Origin: Geobacter metallireducens GS-15
Lineage (GTDB): Bacteria; Desulfobacterota; Desulfuromonadia; Geobacterales; Geobacteraceae
Direction of reading: 5' to 3'
Length of the DNA: 32,000 bases
Assembly: GCF_000012925.1 (NCBI RefSeq)
Contig: NC_007517.1
Coordinates: 1,050,001-1,082,000 of the forward strand
A program made the position numbers and the translations under genes. Of this stretch, positions 31,670-32,000 are shown piece by piece (positions within the stretch are counted from its first letter, which is position 1; every line of letters begins with the position of its first letter). The notes beneath the pieces are model-generated. The model ran no database searches. It had not been told where the DNA came from and saw nothing but the letters and a program-made list of their open reading frames with translations.

Positions 31670-32000
31670 ATGGATCCGAGAATCGAAAAACTGCTGAAGC
31701 TTCCCAAGAAACAGAAGATTGCTCTTCTGGTCGCTATCCTGCTTTTTGAAGGTGCTGCCCTCTACTGGGGGCTCTTTCTGCCGCGGCAGACGGAGCTCAA
31801 GGAGCTTCGCGGCCGGCTGGAAGGGTTGCAGAACGAGGTGCGGGAAAAGGAGAGGATCGCCAACAACCTTCCCAAGCTGAAGCGCGAGTATCAGCAACTG
31901 CAGAAGGATCTCGACCTGGCCCTCACCGAACTGCCGAACCAGAAAGAGATACCCTCCCTACTGACCGGCATCACCAGTGTCGGCAAGAGCGCGGGTAACG
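31670..32000 (+). CDS. pilO: Type IV pilus assembly protein PilO, 3' end cut by the window edge
   Basis: My own translation from ATG 31670: MDPRIEKLLKLPKKQKIALLVAILLFEGAALYW...LPNQKEIPSLL. The frame is open to nt 32000. TM segment plus coiled coil, positioned after pilN. Confidence 0.8.
   Translation, partial: MDPRIEKLLKLPKKQKIALLVAILLFEGAALYWGLFLPRQTELKELRGRLEGLQNEVREKERIANNLPKLKREYQQLQKDLDLALTELPNQKEIPSLLTGITSVGKSAGN

Overview
High-GC, Geobacter-like (Desulfuromonadales) chromosomal segment. The gene order matches my memory of the G. sulfurreducens secA-argJ-valS-pilD...pilMNOPQ neighbourhood, but I could not run a search to confirm this. Nt 1-17,200 is an ordinary housekeeping block on the + strand: a TldD/PmbA protease (5' end cut by the window edge), iorA-iorB-paaK-like (aryl-pyruvate to aryl-acetyl-CoA), secA, argJ, two secreted proteins, an atypical REC-domain protein, valS and a GAF-GGDEF-EAL protein. 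Nt 17,2xx-18,509 is a ~1.28 kb IS110-family insertion on the minus strand. It lies next to a perfect 19-nt hairpin, 42 bp upstream of pilD. Its ~300-nt non-coding 5' leader folds, by eye, into two tandem stem/internal-loop/hairpin modules that share sequence with the insertion site, so I flag it as a candidate bridge (seek) RNA. Nt 18,551-32,000 is a type IV pilus region: pilD, a histidine kinase plus sigma54-dependent response regulator, then a visibly lower-GC minor-pilin cluster (GspH/FimT-like, fimU-like, pilV, pilW, pilX, pilY1 with a vWA domain) preceded by a textbook sigma54 promoter. Two uncharacterised genes follow, then a GEMM-I cyclic-dinucleotide riboswitch whose 3' strand is also the 5' arm of an intrinsic terminator. 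By manual alignment the riboswitch has an A at the G20-equivalent position, which would make it the 3',3'-cGAMP type. After it come a small XRE regulator and pilM, pilN and pilO (3' end cut by the window edge). No rRNA, tRNA or CRISPR array was seen. The many long antisense ORFs in the track are GC-bias shadow ORFs.
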